Assembly (NCBI GenBank): GCA_002633005.1
Contig: NMRA01000180.1
Span: 495,955 to 559,954 of the forward strand
Reading direction: 5' to 3'
Length of the DNA stretch: 64,000 bases
DNA from: Phoronis australis
Taxonomy: Eukaryota > Animalia > Phoronida
Shown: positions 12,272 through 26,600 of the stretch, in pieces
Position numbering within the stretch: the first letter of the stretch is position 1
Layout: each line of letters begins with the position of its first letter
The notes under the pieces: generated by a model
Seen by the model: the letters and a program-made list of their open reading frames with translations, nothing else
The model's database searches: none
Told to the model about the DNA's origin: nothing
Made by a program: the position numbers and the translations under genes

Positions 12272-12588
12272 CTAAATACGGGTACCAAGATTTTTGGGTC
12301 ATTTTACAGGGTGTTTATGTAAACATGGGTAACAGGATTTTGGGTCATTCTACATGGTGTTCAATTAAACATGGGTAACCGGATTTTTGAAGCGTTCTGC
12401 AGAGCGTTTAATTAAACGTGAGTACCAGGATTTTTGGGCCACTCCGCCGGCATTTAATTACACATAGGTACTAGTATTTTTGCGGCATTCTACATAGTGT
12501 TTAATTAAACATTGGTATCGAGATTTTAATTTGGTTCATTCTACAGCTCTTTTAAACACGGGTACCAGGATTTTTGGGTCATTCTACT
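12272..12588. repeat. degenerate tandem repeat, about 47-bp unit x about 7
   Basis: consensus approx. AAACATGGGTACCAGGATTTTTGGGTCATTCTACAGGGTGTTTAATT. Confidence 0.85.
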
Positions 12589-13675
12589 GAGAGCTATTTC
12601 CTAACGTCACAAAGACGGGGAATATGCTCAGTACTTGAGCAGTCAACCATAGACAATTCTCAACCCTGGTAACCATCATACCACTCATTCAACACAGAAA
12701 TGATGTGACCTAATTTGGCCCACCTGAAGACTTCAACCCCAAGCAATAACATTGCGACACATTCCTTCCAAAACCGAGGAATGATTTTCAGCCTCGGTAA
12801 GAACACTCTGAGATCAACTTTTTAGCAACAAGCCATCTACTTCAAACGTTCCCGTTTCCGACATTGAAAATGTACAACCACAGTTTTCTTGGTGACTTAA
12901 ATACTTTCACTAATATTAATACACAACATACTTCAATATTGCTCAGTAATTTAGTAATAATGGCCATTAGCACCGTTATAATATTGCACTTGTTAAACCA
13001 GTCTTTGGCACAGCAATTAGCAAAATAAAAAGCCACACATCCAAAACTGATTTGATGTGCGTGTTTTAAAGAGGTCTTCATAAAATACTGGTTACAAAAA
13101 GAATGCAGATAAATAATAATCGATACAACAAAAATGTGGTAACTGCTCCATGACCTTGTGGGCCATTTTGCTCACTTTCAAACGATTTATAAATTAATAT
13201 AAGGCCACAGATAGAACAGCAGGTCTGAGGATCTCTGCACAACTTGTCAAAACTCTTGACTGTGCAAGAAATCAAAAGGCAATCTTTGCGGTCATCCCAT
13301 CCTCTGAGCTAGGTTTTCATTCACCAATTTACCGTACAAAGTCAGTAGTCCCTGAGTGCATAAAACTTAATGTCTGCCCAATCAAAACACGTGCATGGAG
13401 CTTTTCACTACACAAAATTATACAACTCTCTTTACCAGTGACTGAGACACAATTTGTGGACACATGCTGCACATGTAAATAATGGGACAAAATTTTGTTT
13501 TCCATGACAGGTAATGACGTGTCAAGACTTGACACTAAGGGTCATTTCAGCTACCCTGATGGTGAACTCCACTTGCATGTCATGACAAGGAATTCTGTCA
13601 TCACAGACTAGTGTAATCTATGGTGTAATTTATCCGATTATTTTTGGCATGTACTGTAATAACACAGGAGACAAC

Positions 13676-13922
13676 TCCCACGCTAACATTTGGGGTTTTG
13701 TTACCCCAACACCTAAGCAAACCTGAGCCAGACTGTGACTTACTCGTCAAAATCGATTCGCAAATTATTATACTAGCTGTGATGTTGAACAAAACCTATT
13801 CACTAATTTCTTGTACAATTAATGTATCAATTTTAAAAAGTCAAAGACGGCTACTTTCTTTTCATCTTAAAAAAAATAGTCATGTTGGCCTTACTTATTG
13901 TTACTTTTTTACTTTGAAACTC
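13676..13922. repeat. interspersed repeat copy (same family as 35434-35685)
   Basis: shared blocks CTAACATTTGGGGTTTTGTTAC, AAAACCTATTCACTA, AGTCAAAGA.GGCTACT, AGTCATGTTGGCC, TGAAACTC. Confidence 0.75.
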
Positions 13923-14501
13923 GTACGCTAAACAGGCGTGTTTGTTTACAACCGCAAATATCTCATCCAACACGTTCAGCTAATCCCATGAACCGCGAGA
14001 AGCTCACTTCAATCCGTGACAGCGCAATCAAGCCTTTGAAGTGAAGAGGATTTTGCTGGATACCGTCTGGTGTAAACAGTGCATGCATTCTCATCTACTT
14101 GCATGCATATCCTTTTAGTGTAAGATTTGCCTAATGAGGAATGTCGGATCACCCGTCTTCACTGCTGAAACTGCACTGCCAATCACTATACTTTCATAAT
14201 CCTCGAGGTTTCCAGAAGTTTCTTGAAACATATTAAGTTCCAACTCAACCAAAAGGCCTGGTTCGAAGGAGAAAATCTTTAAATTTGAACCTGTTGTAGT
14301 CTTGGTGTCAAAAGTTGTTCCAGCAGAACAGGTCAAAAACTAATGAACCATAGCCTTTCTGAGAACTTGGCAAATGAGGACCAGTGCACACATACAACAT
14401 AATACTGGTAAAGAGCACAACAGTTTTGTCTTCAAGATGGACTGCTGCTAAATTCTCCCAATACATCATCGAGATTCATTTAGTTGTACCATTTGCGTCT
14501 T

Positions 14502-14672
14502 TCAAACTGCGCGCTTGATCTTTATCACAAATATCCCGCTGAGGAAAAAATAGACTGCCGTCAACAAGAAGAGTATTATGTAACCTAATCCAACTTCACA
14601 ATTCACTTGCTCGAAAAGATCCAGAAAAAGGCCACCGAGGGGTGTGGCCAGAGCCTGAGGTAACACAAGAGC
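14502..14672 (-). CDS. MFS transporter terminal exon (TM11-12)
   Basis: ALVLPQALATPLGGLFLDLFEQVNCEVGLGYIILFLLTAVYFFLSGIFVIKIKRAV-TGA. Confidence 0.9.
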   Translation of the reverse strand, partial: ALVLPQALATPLGGLFLDLFEQVNCEVGLGYIILFLLTAVYFFLSGIFVIKIKRAV

Positions 14673-17600
14673 CTGAAAAATAGATAAGTTTCACTAAAGA
14701 GATGCATTTCTACAATATTGCTAAAAATAATTTTGTGATTAAAAAATGCCAAACAGCCCTGTGTCATTTAAGTGCACTATACAAGTGTGTGTTGATTTCA
14801 AAGTTTAAGTTCCCAATTTGAAAAACCATACTGACCTGTGATGAGTGGAAATATTTTGCTGTTGTGCTAAGATGGCAAAATGTTTTATCCAGTTACTGTT
14901 TTTTAATTAAAAGATCTGTGGTTGCCATGACAGCTTTTCACAGTAACTCTTTTTATCAGTTACTTCAAACAAAAATAAATACGACAAATGTTACTTTTCG
15001 ATTTTTCAAAAAGACAACCAAATGTAACAAATAGTAAAATTTTGATCAAATGTTGATTCAACACTTCTGTAAAACCATGCTACNNNNNNNNNNNNNNNNN
15101 NNNNNNNNNNNNNNNNNNNNNNNNNNNNNNNNNNNNNNNNNNNNNNNNNNNNNNNNNNNNNNNNNNNNNNNNNNNNNNNNNNNNNNNNNNNNNNNNNNNN
15201 NNNNNNNNNNNNNNNNNNNNNNNNNNNNNNNNNNNNNNNNNNNNNNNNNNNNNNNNNNNNNNNNNNNNNNNNNNNNNNNNNNNNNNNNNNNNNNNNNNNN
15301 NNNNNNNNNNNNNNNNNNNNNNNNNNNNNNNNNNNNNNNNNNNNNNNNNNNNNNNNNNNNNNNNNNNNNNNNNNNNNNNNNNNNNNNNNNNNNNNNNNNN
15401 NNNNNNNNNNNNNNNNNNNNNNNNNNNNNNNNNNNNNNNNNNNNNNNNNNNNNNNNNNNNNNNNNNNNNNNNNNNNNNNNNNNNNNNNNNNNNNNNNNNN
15501 NNNNNNNNNNNNNNNNNNNNNNNNNNNNNNNNNNNNNNNNNNNNNNNNNNNNNNNNNNNNNNNNNNNNNNNNNNNNNNNNNNNNNNNNNNNNNNNNNNNN
15601 NNNNNNNNNNNNNNNNNNNNNNNNNNNNNNNNNNNNNNNNNNNNNNNNNNNNNNNNNNNNNNNNNNNNNNNNNNNNNNNNNNNNNNNNNNNNNNNNNNNN
15701 NNNNNNNNNNNNNNNNNNNNNNNNNNNNNNNNNNNNNNNNNNNNNNNNNNNNNNNNNNNNNNNNNNNNNNNNNNNNNNNNNNNNNNNNNNNNNNNNNNNN
15801 NNNNNNNNNNNNNNNNNNNNNNNNNNNNNNNNNNNNNNNNNNNNNNNNNNNNNNNNNNNNNNNNNNNNCGCGCCGAATGAAAGTAATCGTGAGTGTTTCT
15901 GTGTTGCAAAATCTCTTATCCTGGGCCGATTTGAAAAATTCAAAGTTGTATTCGTATTTGTTTTCGCTCCTCTTTTCAAATATTACAGTAAAAACTACGT
16001 AAAATTCTCTCCATAAAAAGTACAGTTGTTAGGCTAGACTGTAATCAGCTGATCATATCGGCATGAGCGAAGTCAATTATCCTCGCTCGTGACTCGATGA
16101 ATAGAGTAGCTTGGCGGCATCCCTTTGAGCATGAGCCGAGCGCGTCTCAGCCAAGGTGGATAAATACGGTCTAGTTCAATTTTCCATACCCCGCCGTTTA
16201 CCTTAAACACCGGGGTTAGAACCAATTTTATTTAGTGGGAATGTTCATAGCATGAGACCTCCATTACCTGTTGCCACACTGCTATGTCTTTGGCTTTGTC
16301 CTTTTCTTCTGGCAACACATCCATCACAAGAGCAAAGTCAACACCATTGAAGCATCCGTATCCAACTCCTGCGCAAATAAAGATCATAAGTCACATCAAA
16401 ATTATAGATATTGTTGTTATCATTAGTTCCTTTAGCAAGAGAACTCGACTGTCAAAACTGAAAATTTTATCATTTCCTGAAAAAATTGGAAGCCTACTGA
16501 TTTTGACAGGGCTGACTAGTTAATTATGAATACACTTTTGAAGATAACAAAATGAATAAACAGAATTTGCAAGTTTTGGTTTACAAATTTGTGTTTGTGG
16601 AACATATACAGCAATATCCGAAAATCATGATTTTCTTAGAATACAGACAGTCAAGTGACTGCAAATTCTAGCCTAATTATTTTCCTACGTTGAACATATG
16701 GTTTCGTGGATTGGAAAGTAGGTAAATAGCCAATTTAATACAGAATAGATAATACTGTGAAATCTTGCCAATTTCAGATAAAAATAAATCATTTGCCAAG
16801 TTGTCCTTTTTGCAGTTTTCCAAGGCTTCTAAGTTTGTTGTGAAGTGCCACAGTTTTTCAGTAAATATTGTCTGGTGGTAGCTATGGTGCAGAACTTGAA
16901 AATAGAAAAGTATAAATAAATTTGGTGTTACATATTATCTACAAAAAATGACAAAATAACATTTCACCTCTCCACCAGTCAGAGTCCAAAACTGACGAGA
17001 TTTTACCATAACTTACCGAACACAAATGCACATATGAGTGCGAAATAGTAGGAGTATTCGCCTCTCAAGAAAGCCAGAATAATACTCATGGCGAACATCA
17101 TGAGCCCGCCGGATATAATTATTGGTTTGCGCTTGTGTATTCTATCGGATAGCACACCACAGACCAAGCAACTGGAAAACAAATCTCAAGATCAGTCTAC
17201 TTTGGGTCAGTCTTATTGTTAACAAGAATTGTGAGGGCATCAAGACAATTTTTGATTGACGCAACCCAAGAAAGTATGGTGAGAAAGACATGCCGAGTTG
17301 ACAGAATGAAAACGGAATTTCATTCAAGGACATTTCGAGACATGGAACTTTTTTATGTAAATCATATGGATATCCTACAGCACAAGATAATTTGATTGAA
17401 TGGTGATCGTTAAGATTTATAAAACATGCTGTGAAATCCCATTGCCATTCAAATCACGGGAGTGAACTGCAGATAGCCCTGAGTGTTTTCTACCAAGCAC
17501 TCTACTGCCATCTAGCGATAAAGTATAATTATATCATTTGACATTATGTCCCCCCTATATCGGGATATGGCTATCCATTCTGTGGTAGCAACACCACATG

Positions 17601-20600
17601 TCACATAAGCTGGGCTAAACTGCATATTTGGAGGCCCAAAAATCTGCTACATGTTTGAAACAAGCTAAACACCAAAATACACTCTATGACCTCCACCTCA
17701 GATTATTTCCATGCTGTATTATTGAAAGACAATTGTTAATTTGATGCAGCTTATTTCAATTTAGCCTTGGATAATTCTGATTAACTGGCAAATGTAAATT
17801 AAACCAAAAATCAAACCCAGACTCACTGCTTAAACAGTGTGCATGCCAACACTGTAGTCAAACTGACAGACTTTGTTTAATAATTAATACATGACTTTTA
17901 CTTGGGCTACAGTTGTTGTGGTTGTTACTTAAGGACACAAGAATTAAAAGTACGCATGTACTGTAACATGCTCTTTGGTGCGAGTGTGAACAACCATCAT
18001 ACAAAATGAAAATGAACCTCAACTACATCAGACCAATATAAAAATTTTCAAATCTCTTGTGCGAAAGACTCTCAAGGCATGGTACATATATAGGGTGTTT
18101 ACTATTTTATTTTTTTTTGCTGCATGCACACAATTTTTTTTTTCAAATCATAAATGGCAGCTGTTTTTCCAGATACGTTACCATGCATTATAGTAATTAA
18201 TAATGTAAAATAACAAATTCGCCAATTTGAATACCTCTTTTTAAAAAATTCCCCAGTTTTGAAAACGGGGTTGAGGTTGATGTACACAAAGTTGTACTGA
18301 AAGGGCCTTGAATTTGTATGACTTGAACTACCCTCAAAAGACCTTGAAAAGTCCTTGAATTTCTTGGTCAAAGTTTAGTACACACCATCTATTAGTTTTA
18401 CCTGATAACAGCAGCGAACAAGAGTGGAATAAAACTGACAGCTACAGCCTTCTCTGGGGACCAGCATGGAGGTAGTTTGATCATGTCAGCTAGCCAATAC
18501 TGCAGGAACCTAGACATTAAGTGTAATTGCAATAATAGTGACAACAGTGGTTATCATCTGATTATAGTGATAATTAATAAAAATTGCAACAAATAGCAAC
18601 ATGCTGGCAAATTGAGGTTTTATTCAGCTTTCCTTGGACAACAAACTCATAAAATTGTAATTCACAAATTGTCAAAATGAATACCGTTCATATTGAGTGA
18701 TCAAATTCCAGGTAACAATTAAGCACACGGTACAAGTGGACAGATAAAATTGTTTGCTCGAGTCTCAATGATACAAAATATAAGTTTGATATTCTAGAGA
18801 ATTACGATGGGCAGTTTTAAACAAATTCTAAAAATGAAACTCAATATCTTTTCTTTGAAGTTCTTGTTAGCAATAGAAATAGAATCCTGTCACAATAAAG
18901 GAACATATTATGAGACCGATTGAATAAGAGCAATAAGGCCCAATTCGATTTTTGTTTTTTCAGTCAGCTAAGTGGCAAAATGCAACTTTAATGTTTATTA
19001 CAAAAATATGTGACAATAGTACACTTACAGAAATTAAGCCCAGAAAGCATTATATCTCCCCCTTGATAAAATAACCACTCAGAACTTGATTTCAACCACA
19101 GACATAGGAAACTGGCCAAAGTTCATGATCTCATATTGAAAGTCTTACGCTGTGTTTGTGGATATGCCCTGCTGCATAAAGAAGCGGGTGAAGAAGACCC
19201 ATCTGAAGTCAGAATCTGGAATAGATAATAAACAACTATGGCCAACGTCTTTATTTTGCCATCACGATAAATGCCAAAAACCCCTGCAATCTAGTTTAGA
19301 AGTCTTCTGCTCCAACAAATATTGATCACAGAAGGCATTACACAGTTCATTTTCCCATACAAACCCTAAGACCCAAGTTAAATATTTTTAGCATCGTCTG
19401 GGTCACCATTAGCTCCTTGGTTGATGTACAGTTACACAGTAGGTAGTCCAGTCCCTCCCTCTATTGGGGATTAGATAGGTTGCTTCAATCATGAGAACGT
19501 ATTGCTGAGACAATAACCAAATGGAAGGCTGAATAAGTAGATTGCTTCGCTTGGTAACTATTCTTCCCCCCAATGCAGTAAAGGAACGTAGATAAAAATT
19601 CATATGATCATAAAATAAGAATCTAAGTTTAACTTAATCAATTTAGTAAAAGCTTTTGCGTTCTCAGGTTCATATCAGTACTGGGATGACACCTTTTATA
19701 TATAGTACAAGTTCTTAAATCTAGGACAAAAATAAATGGTAAAATTGCCACAATTCCATTTTTCAGAGGCTTACCACATTCTTGTTGAAAATGCAAATTT
19801 ACCAAATGCCAAAAGCAAAGTAATTTTTCCCCAGAAACTGTGTTTGTTGAGCAATTCGACAAAACGAAATTTCACCAGTCTGCCATGTTGTATACCAAAC
19901 TGAATAATTTAAACTTAGTTCAATGAAATTAGTCGCATAACACGTGACCTTTGTACGATTCTGTTCACGGATGATTACGTATTATAATTGCAGAAAGATA
20001 AGTTGACGCAACATTTCAGATTTTGCTCTCTTCAGCATCTGTGGTCTTAATTTAAATCTTGTAGTTGTGGCTCTTTCAAAATTAATCACAGGTAATTTAT
20101 ACTAATTAAGCCTAAGTACTTCGACACATTTTCAACATGTACCCTCTCCAATAACAGGTAATTATGACCTCATACCTTTTAATGGTTCCCAAAATCCTGT
20201 GACGATTTCCTTAAACTTGATCGGGTCATGGACAGGTTTGCTTGACCGTTCAGAAGTGCAGAAGACAGTGGTCAGTAAACAGACCAGAAAGACGAGGAAT
20301 GAAATACCATAGGTAGGAAGTACACCTAGATCCTGAAACAGGAGCAAAGTATGCTCTTACCGTAATCGTTCGGGTTAACGCCCATGCTCAGTTAACCGCC
20401 CACCCCCTACTTTAGGTGAATTTCGATTTAACCGCCCACTGCTCGGTTAACCGCCCCCCTGCTATTTTTGAAGATTTCCAATTAACCGCCCACTGCTCGG
20501 TTAACCGCCCATCCCCTACTTTTGACGATTGGTGATTACCGCCCTGTGCTAATAGGAAACGCGAATCCCCGACCTTTTAGATTAAGATCGATGATAACAT

Positions 20601-23600
20601 TGAGTGCAACGACGGCCTCAGAGACCGCGGTTTAGCAATGTGAATTATGATACCAGTAACAAATTATTGTAACGGGTCATCGATTAACTTCAAAATGTAA
20701 TACTTGAACACTTTGTCACTTTCTTTTCTTCTCATGTTCGCAAACTNNNNNNNNNNNNNNNNNNNNNNNNNNNNNNNNNNNNNNNNNNNNNNNNNNNNNN
20801 NNNNNNNNNNNNNNNNNNNNNNNNNNNNNNNNNNNNNNNNNNNNNNNNNNNNNNNNNNNNNNNNNNNNNNNNNNNNNNNNNNNNNNNNNNNNNNNNNNNN
20901 NNNNNNNNNNNNNNNNNNNNNNNNNNNNNNNNNNNNNNNNNNNNNNNNNNNNNNNNNNNNNNNNNNNNNNNNNNNNNNNNNNNNNNNNNNNNNNNNNNNN
21001 NNNNNNNNNNNNNNNNNNNNNNNNNNNNNNNNNNNNNNNNNNNNNNNNNNNNNNNNNNNNNNNNNNNNNNNNNNNNNNNNNNNNNNNNNNNNNNNNNNNN
21101 NNNNNNNNNNNNNNNNNNNNNNNNNNNNNNNNNNNNNNNNNNNNNNNNNNNNNNNNNNNNNNNNNNNNNNNNNNNNNNNNNNNNNNNNNNNNNNNNNNNN
21201 NNNNNNNNNNNNNNNNNNNNNNNNNNNNNNNNNNNNNNNNNNNNNNNNNNNNNNNNNNNNNNNNNNNNNNNNNNNNNNNNNNNNNNNNNNNNNNNNNNNN
21301 NNNNNNNNNNNNNNNNNNNNNNNNNNNNNNNNNNNNNNNNNNNNNNNNNNNNNNNNNNNNNNNNNNNNNNNNNNNNNNNNNNNNNNNNNNNNNNNNNNNN
21401 NNNNNNNNNNNNNNNNNNNNNNNNNNNNNNNNNNNNNNNNNNNNNNNNNNNNNNNNNNNNNNNNNNNNNNNNNNNNNNNNNNNNNNNNNCCCCCCCCCCC
21501 GATTTCTTGAAATTTCACGTTTAAGCGCCCATGTCTGGTTAACCGCCCACCCCCGATTTTTTGGGTTCGCCAATTTAACCGCCCAGGGCGTTAACCCGAA
21601 CGATTACGGTATTTCACACAAAAATAGCCAAAAATTTACATTTTGTGCTTTGAAAGAATAAAAATAAATGATCATTTTATCAACAAAAGACAAAAATTTT
21701 ATGCTAATAATGAAGTAAGAAATTCCTTTGGTAACTGGTTTTTTGTTGAAAAATGTAAAATTCGTCTTAAACCTTCTCAAAAGCAACATAGATATGATTT
21801 TCGTAGTCAACTAAAAACAGGTGCAAAATGACGTCATAAGATTTGAGACAGTTGTCAAATGAAAATGTGGATGGTTTATATAAATTGCATGTGCCTTAGC
21901 TGATATTTCTCTGTCAAAACGTAAATGCGTAATTATCTCAAAATAATTGGGAAAGTACTCACAACGAAAAATAATCCTAAAACAGCACCAACCACATTTC
22001 CAATTAATGTTAATCCTCCCATGACTCCAGAGTTTAAGCCTGAAAAAACAACATAGTGCAAGAATCTTAAATTACTAGGGTTATTATTCCAGTAATTTAC
22101 GGTGTGTTATTCTGTTAGAAATGACATTTTTGTAGAACAATATGAAGTTATAACTACAGATTTTATTATTTTGTTACTAGTATTCAAAACATCTTTGCAG
22201 GTAAACATTATAATTGCTCTAAAACTTTTAACAGCCTGGAAGACTCCACCAACCCAACTTTGAACAATACACGAATAAATCAACAATAGTAAAAATTCAA
22301 ACTTAGGAAAATCTAATAGTCTAAGCACACTAAACAACATTTTTCATAGTGTGCAATTAATTTTAACTGGAAAACTCAAGTGAGACCAGAGAAAAAGTTA
22401 ACATGGCATGAGACATTAATTTGTGAAATTTTACATGACTTCTTACCTAGCACAAGTTTACAACTTAACAAATTAAAATCCAATTCAATTTTCAACTGCA
22501 GGGCACATATTATATCATAGTCTGTAAATGCAGGCAGGCTCAGAATGATATTTATGTTGCAGCCCTTCTGTTGGATCATTATCTAGAGTTTGTTCCTCGT
22601 TAGTAAGACATAACAAGACCACACCACCTAGTTACAAAAATGTTTGTTATTCCACAAAAAGCGTAGTTTTAGGTATGGTCTATATTTTCTTTGAAAATCA
22701 AGTGGGTGGAGTGGTACTTTTAGATGCTCACTTCTTCAGAAAAACGAGACTTTGGCTGAAATTGATGTGCAGGCAGACATTTTTTTAGTCAGCAACATAT
22801 GGGCAGCTGAGGGGGGGCATACAATATGAAAATGGTCCATTCATCAGAAATAGTCATTATAGCATGACCCCATGATTTTAACGTACCTCTCTGAGTTGGA
22901 TTGGACTCATCTGCAACAAGGGCACTGTAAGGCACACTGATCACAGCTGAGAATACAGACATCAACAGGTAGAAAAATACATATAACCCTGAAATATAAA
23001 ATAGAACTGATTAGTAGTGATTTTGATTATTAGATAAACCTTCAGTGGTTCAACAATCACAGAAATTTACTGAAGAAGATCTTAATCATTTTGGGCCTGG
23101 TGGGCTAACTAGTCCACATAGTGGCTTAGAAATTCATGGACGGCTGTAAATCATCGGTCACCCAGTACTAAACACAACTTAACAAAGAGCTTACAATCCT
23201 GGCTGAAGAGATATTTGCTTTATTACCTTCTTTGGGGTTTGAACAGTGCAGCCTAGAATAACACCATATGTTGGAACAAAAACACTCACTATGTATAAAG
23301 AGAAAACCTTGTGCATTGTTCGATGTATTTCCTACACTAGGGTTAGTTCAAGAGAGACCACGTGTGTTTAGGAAGCTCCAGTGCTGAGTGAAAAACAAGA
23401 TTATTTGTCACAAAATCATTTGCCAAGATGCAACAAAATTATAAAATAACCAGAAAGCAATGTAATTTCTTCTTCCTTAAGATGTATAAGACTGTACAAA
23501 AACTTTGGAACAATATATCTCAGAATTGGCTGAGCCTATTCATAAGAAACTTTCATATATAATGGTTTATGCATTGTTCTCAAATTGTTTCTAGAATGTT

Positions 23601-26600
23601 TGAATTTTGCATTAAATTTTTGGACTTTTACGCTCTTTAAGGAAAACTCAAAATTTACATAAAATGTAAATGAAATAACTGTTACAGCATTTTTGAGATT
23701 TTAAAAATTTATATCAGTCAAATTTAGACGACATGTTATTGTTGCCATCCATTTGCTATGACTGCACCTTTTTTGCTACATTTTACTAATGGCATAGAAA
23801 AGTGACCCAATTAACGGCAGATTGGCATAAAGACAAAAATCCAATTGTACAGGCTTTCTAGTTTCAGAAAATGTATACTTTCAGCGGGTTAAAGTCTATA
23901 GCTTTGTAGATGTATTAGGCTAAACACACAAATTTGTCTGCGGTATCTTTGTCCATAATACGGAAATGGATGAAAATGTTCAAATGGAGCTATTCTTTAC
24001 TCATTCTGCGCATAACAATAGTCAACTACTATGATTATTTCTGTTTTTTTTTCTTTAAAGGCTGACCACTTTTGATGCAAATAATCAAATCACAGATGAC
24101 CTAAGTACAACATTCAGAATAAAATTTCTTCAATATCTGTACAGAGCCTTGTTTAAAAATGAGATAAAATAGTATTCTATGGTCTACTATCCGAGGTGCT
24201 ATAATTACATGAAGAAGCACTACATATATATATATACAAAAATTAATGACTATTACCATGACAAATTTCACCACCCCCAAAGTAAACAAACTATACTAAA
24301 TAAAAGACTGATCTTTACCACCATATGCTCTCATCTGACAACAACGTAGTACCCGGGATTTTTACCTAAATTTCCTGATGTTTCAGGTGCTCGCACTTCC
24401 AAGTTGGGTATTCGATTGGGAATGACATTGACAGAACTAGCGTGCCCCACGTCGCTATCTTCATCCGTCAAATGCGGCAGCTTTGATGAGTTCCACCAGT
24501 GTCTGTATGGTGCACATCTCTTAGCAACCAAATCTATACTTGGACACTAAAATATTGTTACGACGACATATTAACTGTAATGAGTAACAATAAACTTTCT
24601 GAAACAGACACATCTGCCCATTTTCAATTTTCGCTTTTAAAAACACTAAAGTTAAGTTTCACTCATACCTCATTTATTATGTTGCCATGTAGTATTCAAC
24701 TTCTCATTGATTCTGCTAGGTGTGCAACATAATAAGTTGGGCCAACTACCCAACCAGCAGGCAGCAGTGAAGTTTTGAGGCAAGCCAAGTGTCATTGGGC
24801 AATTCTTGGCATGGACAGTCCCAGATGCTAGCCCCAAGCTTTATTATGTCACTTGGTGCGACTACATCAAATGATGTGTAGGTCACATTACTAAAAATCA
24901 TCTAAAAGTATTTTGTCAAAAACGAATTGAAAGTTTGTTTTGTCAAACCAGAAACTTTTGTCGTTATCTCATCAAACTGCAACTGGAACTGAGATCTATC
25001 GCACATCCACCGCAACTCCACTACCAGATTGATCAGTGTTATTCTCTGTCCGATTTCTATTATCTCATTTCTCAATGTATCTCTATTGTTTTTGGAATAA
25101 TGAATGTCTCAGAGTAAAGTTCGGTAGCTACCCTTTCCCATAGAGCAGAACTCTGTAAAAAGGGAGAAGCGATGTTGGTGGAAAAGAGATGTTTTCTACA
25201 CTGACTGAAAAGACGTTTACCTCTTCTGCATCTACTGCTTCCAGAGATGTATCATTGCTCACAGTCAGTGGTGTTCTTACTCTGTAAAAGATAAGACCTA
25301 CTTCAAGATATGACCATCAAAAAATAGCTAAGAAATAACTTTTACTCAGTCTTTTATTGTAGGCAGTTACAGTAATATTTTACACAATACGGAGTTATAA
25401 CTTAATGTTCCGGCTGAGGATCGACTGGAGTTTACCTACTGTTTCTACCATCGGATATTCCACCACAAAGTCATTTTATTTCAGTCAGAGTTTGACCTCC
25501 AAAATGGCGTACGTTCAGGGTTGTTAAAATAGGAATTAATTCACAAAAATAACACCCCTTGGATTTAAACAAAAGTGGCATTGAAACTGAAGTGTTTGTT
25601 CACTAAATCACAGAAATCACCAATCTTCTGAAGGCTTTACTTAATGACAAAAAATCTATAAAAAGATCAAAAGCCACCAACAGAATAATTGAATGCCAAT
25701 GAAATTACCAAGATTACAGTTGTCTATACACAAGCACGCCAATTGCTTGTAAAAAGGAAATAATCTTTTATCAGGAAACCCCAGTTTAGCAACAGTGGTA
25801 TGCTAACTTTTCATGTCAATAAAACTGCTGAGTGACGCAAAGAGAGCACCTAATTGTTGGGAATGTTGAATTAATTGAATAAATCAGGGTGAACAGTTTT
25901 CCTATGCCTCCGACGTTGATCTGGTGACTTTGTGGCAAAAAATGGTCCTTTTGTCTAAAGGGCAAGCAATTATTGGGCATACAGGCAGATGCACGCACTC
26001 ACACACAACATTATACACATTGCCTCTCGGTGAAAGCTGGTAGGTATATTGGATTACAGAAGATACTAAGTAATGGTCTTACAATCTACATTTATCTAGT
26101 AATAAATATGCAATAGCCACTTTACCGCACATCATTGCAGCAATCTCAAAGCCATTCCAAATACAATCCAATTACAAACATCAGTAACCATGTGAACACA
26201 AGATAGTACCGTACTTACAAGTGAACCCTGGGAGCGCTGAGACCCATCCCGAGCAAACCAATACTGTAAAATAATTTAAATGTTGCACCATCAGGCCCTG
26301 TGGGCATGTAAACATCTTCCTCAACAAACAATTTTTCTGTCAGAATCAATTATAAATGATGACGATCAATACTAACAGTGGCTCAACATCTTCTTAAAGG
26401 GACATCATTGGTTTTACGGCCAAAAATGCATTTTTGGGATCGTTGTTGTATGGAACAGACTTCTTTGACCAGAGCAATAAAACAACAAAACAATTGTCTG
26501 CCAGACATTCACTGAACAATCAAGGCCAGCAATGTTGCAAGTTAAATATGCTTAAAGCACTCTGTCATGCCATATTGAGAGGGGATCAGATCTGCCCTCC

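Noticed and set aside
12272-12588. Regularly spaced repeats resembling a CRISPR array
   Set aside because: The units are contiguous, diverged tandem copies without unique spacers; the context is eukaryotic and there are no cas genes.
14115-14336. 73-aa minus-strand ORF downstream of the MFS stop
   Set aside because: It lies in the probable 3'UTR, starts at a non-ATG codon and has no recognisable motif. The MFS protein is already complete at 14502.
15050-15979. Long ORFs of 276-299 aa in the ORF track
   Set aside because: Artefacts of translating through the N gap.
20664-21573. Long ORFs of 268-285 aa in the ORF track
   Set aside because: Artefacts of the second N gap. The flanking MFS exons join in phase, so no exon needs to be hidden there.
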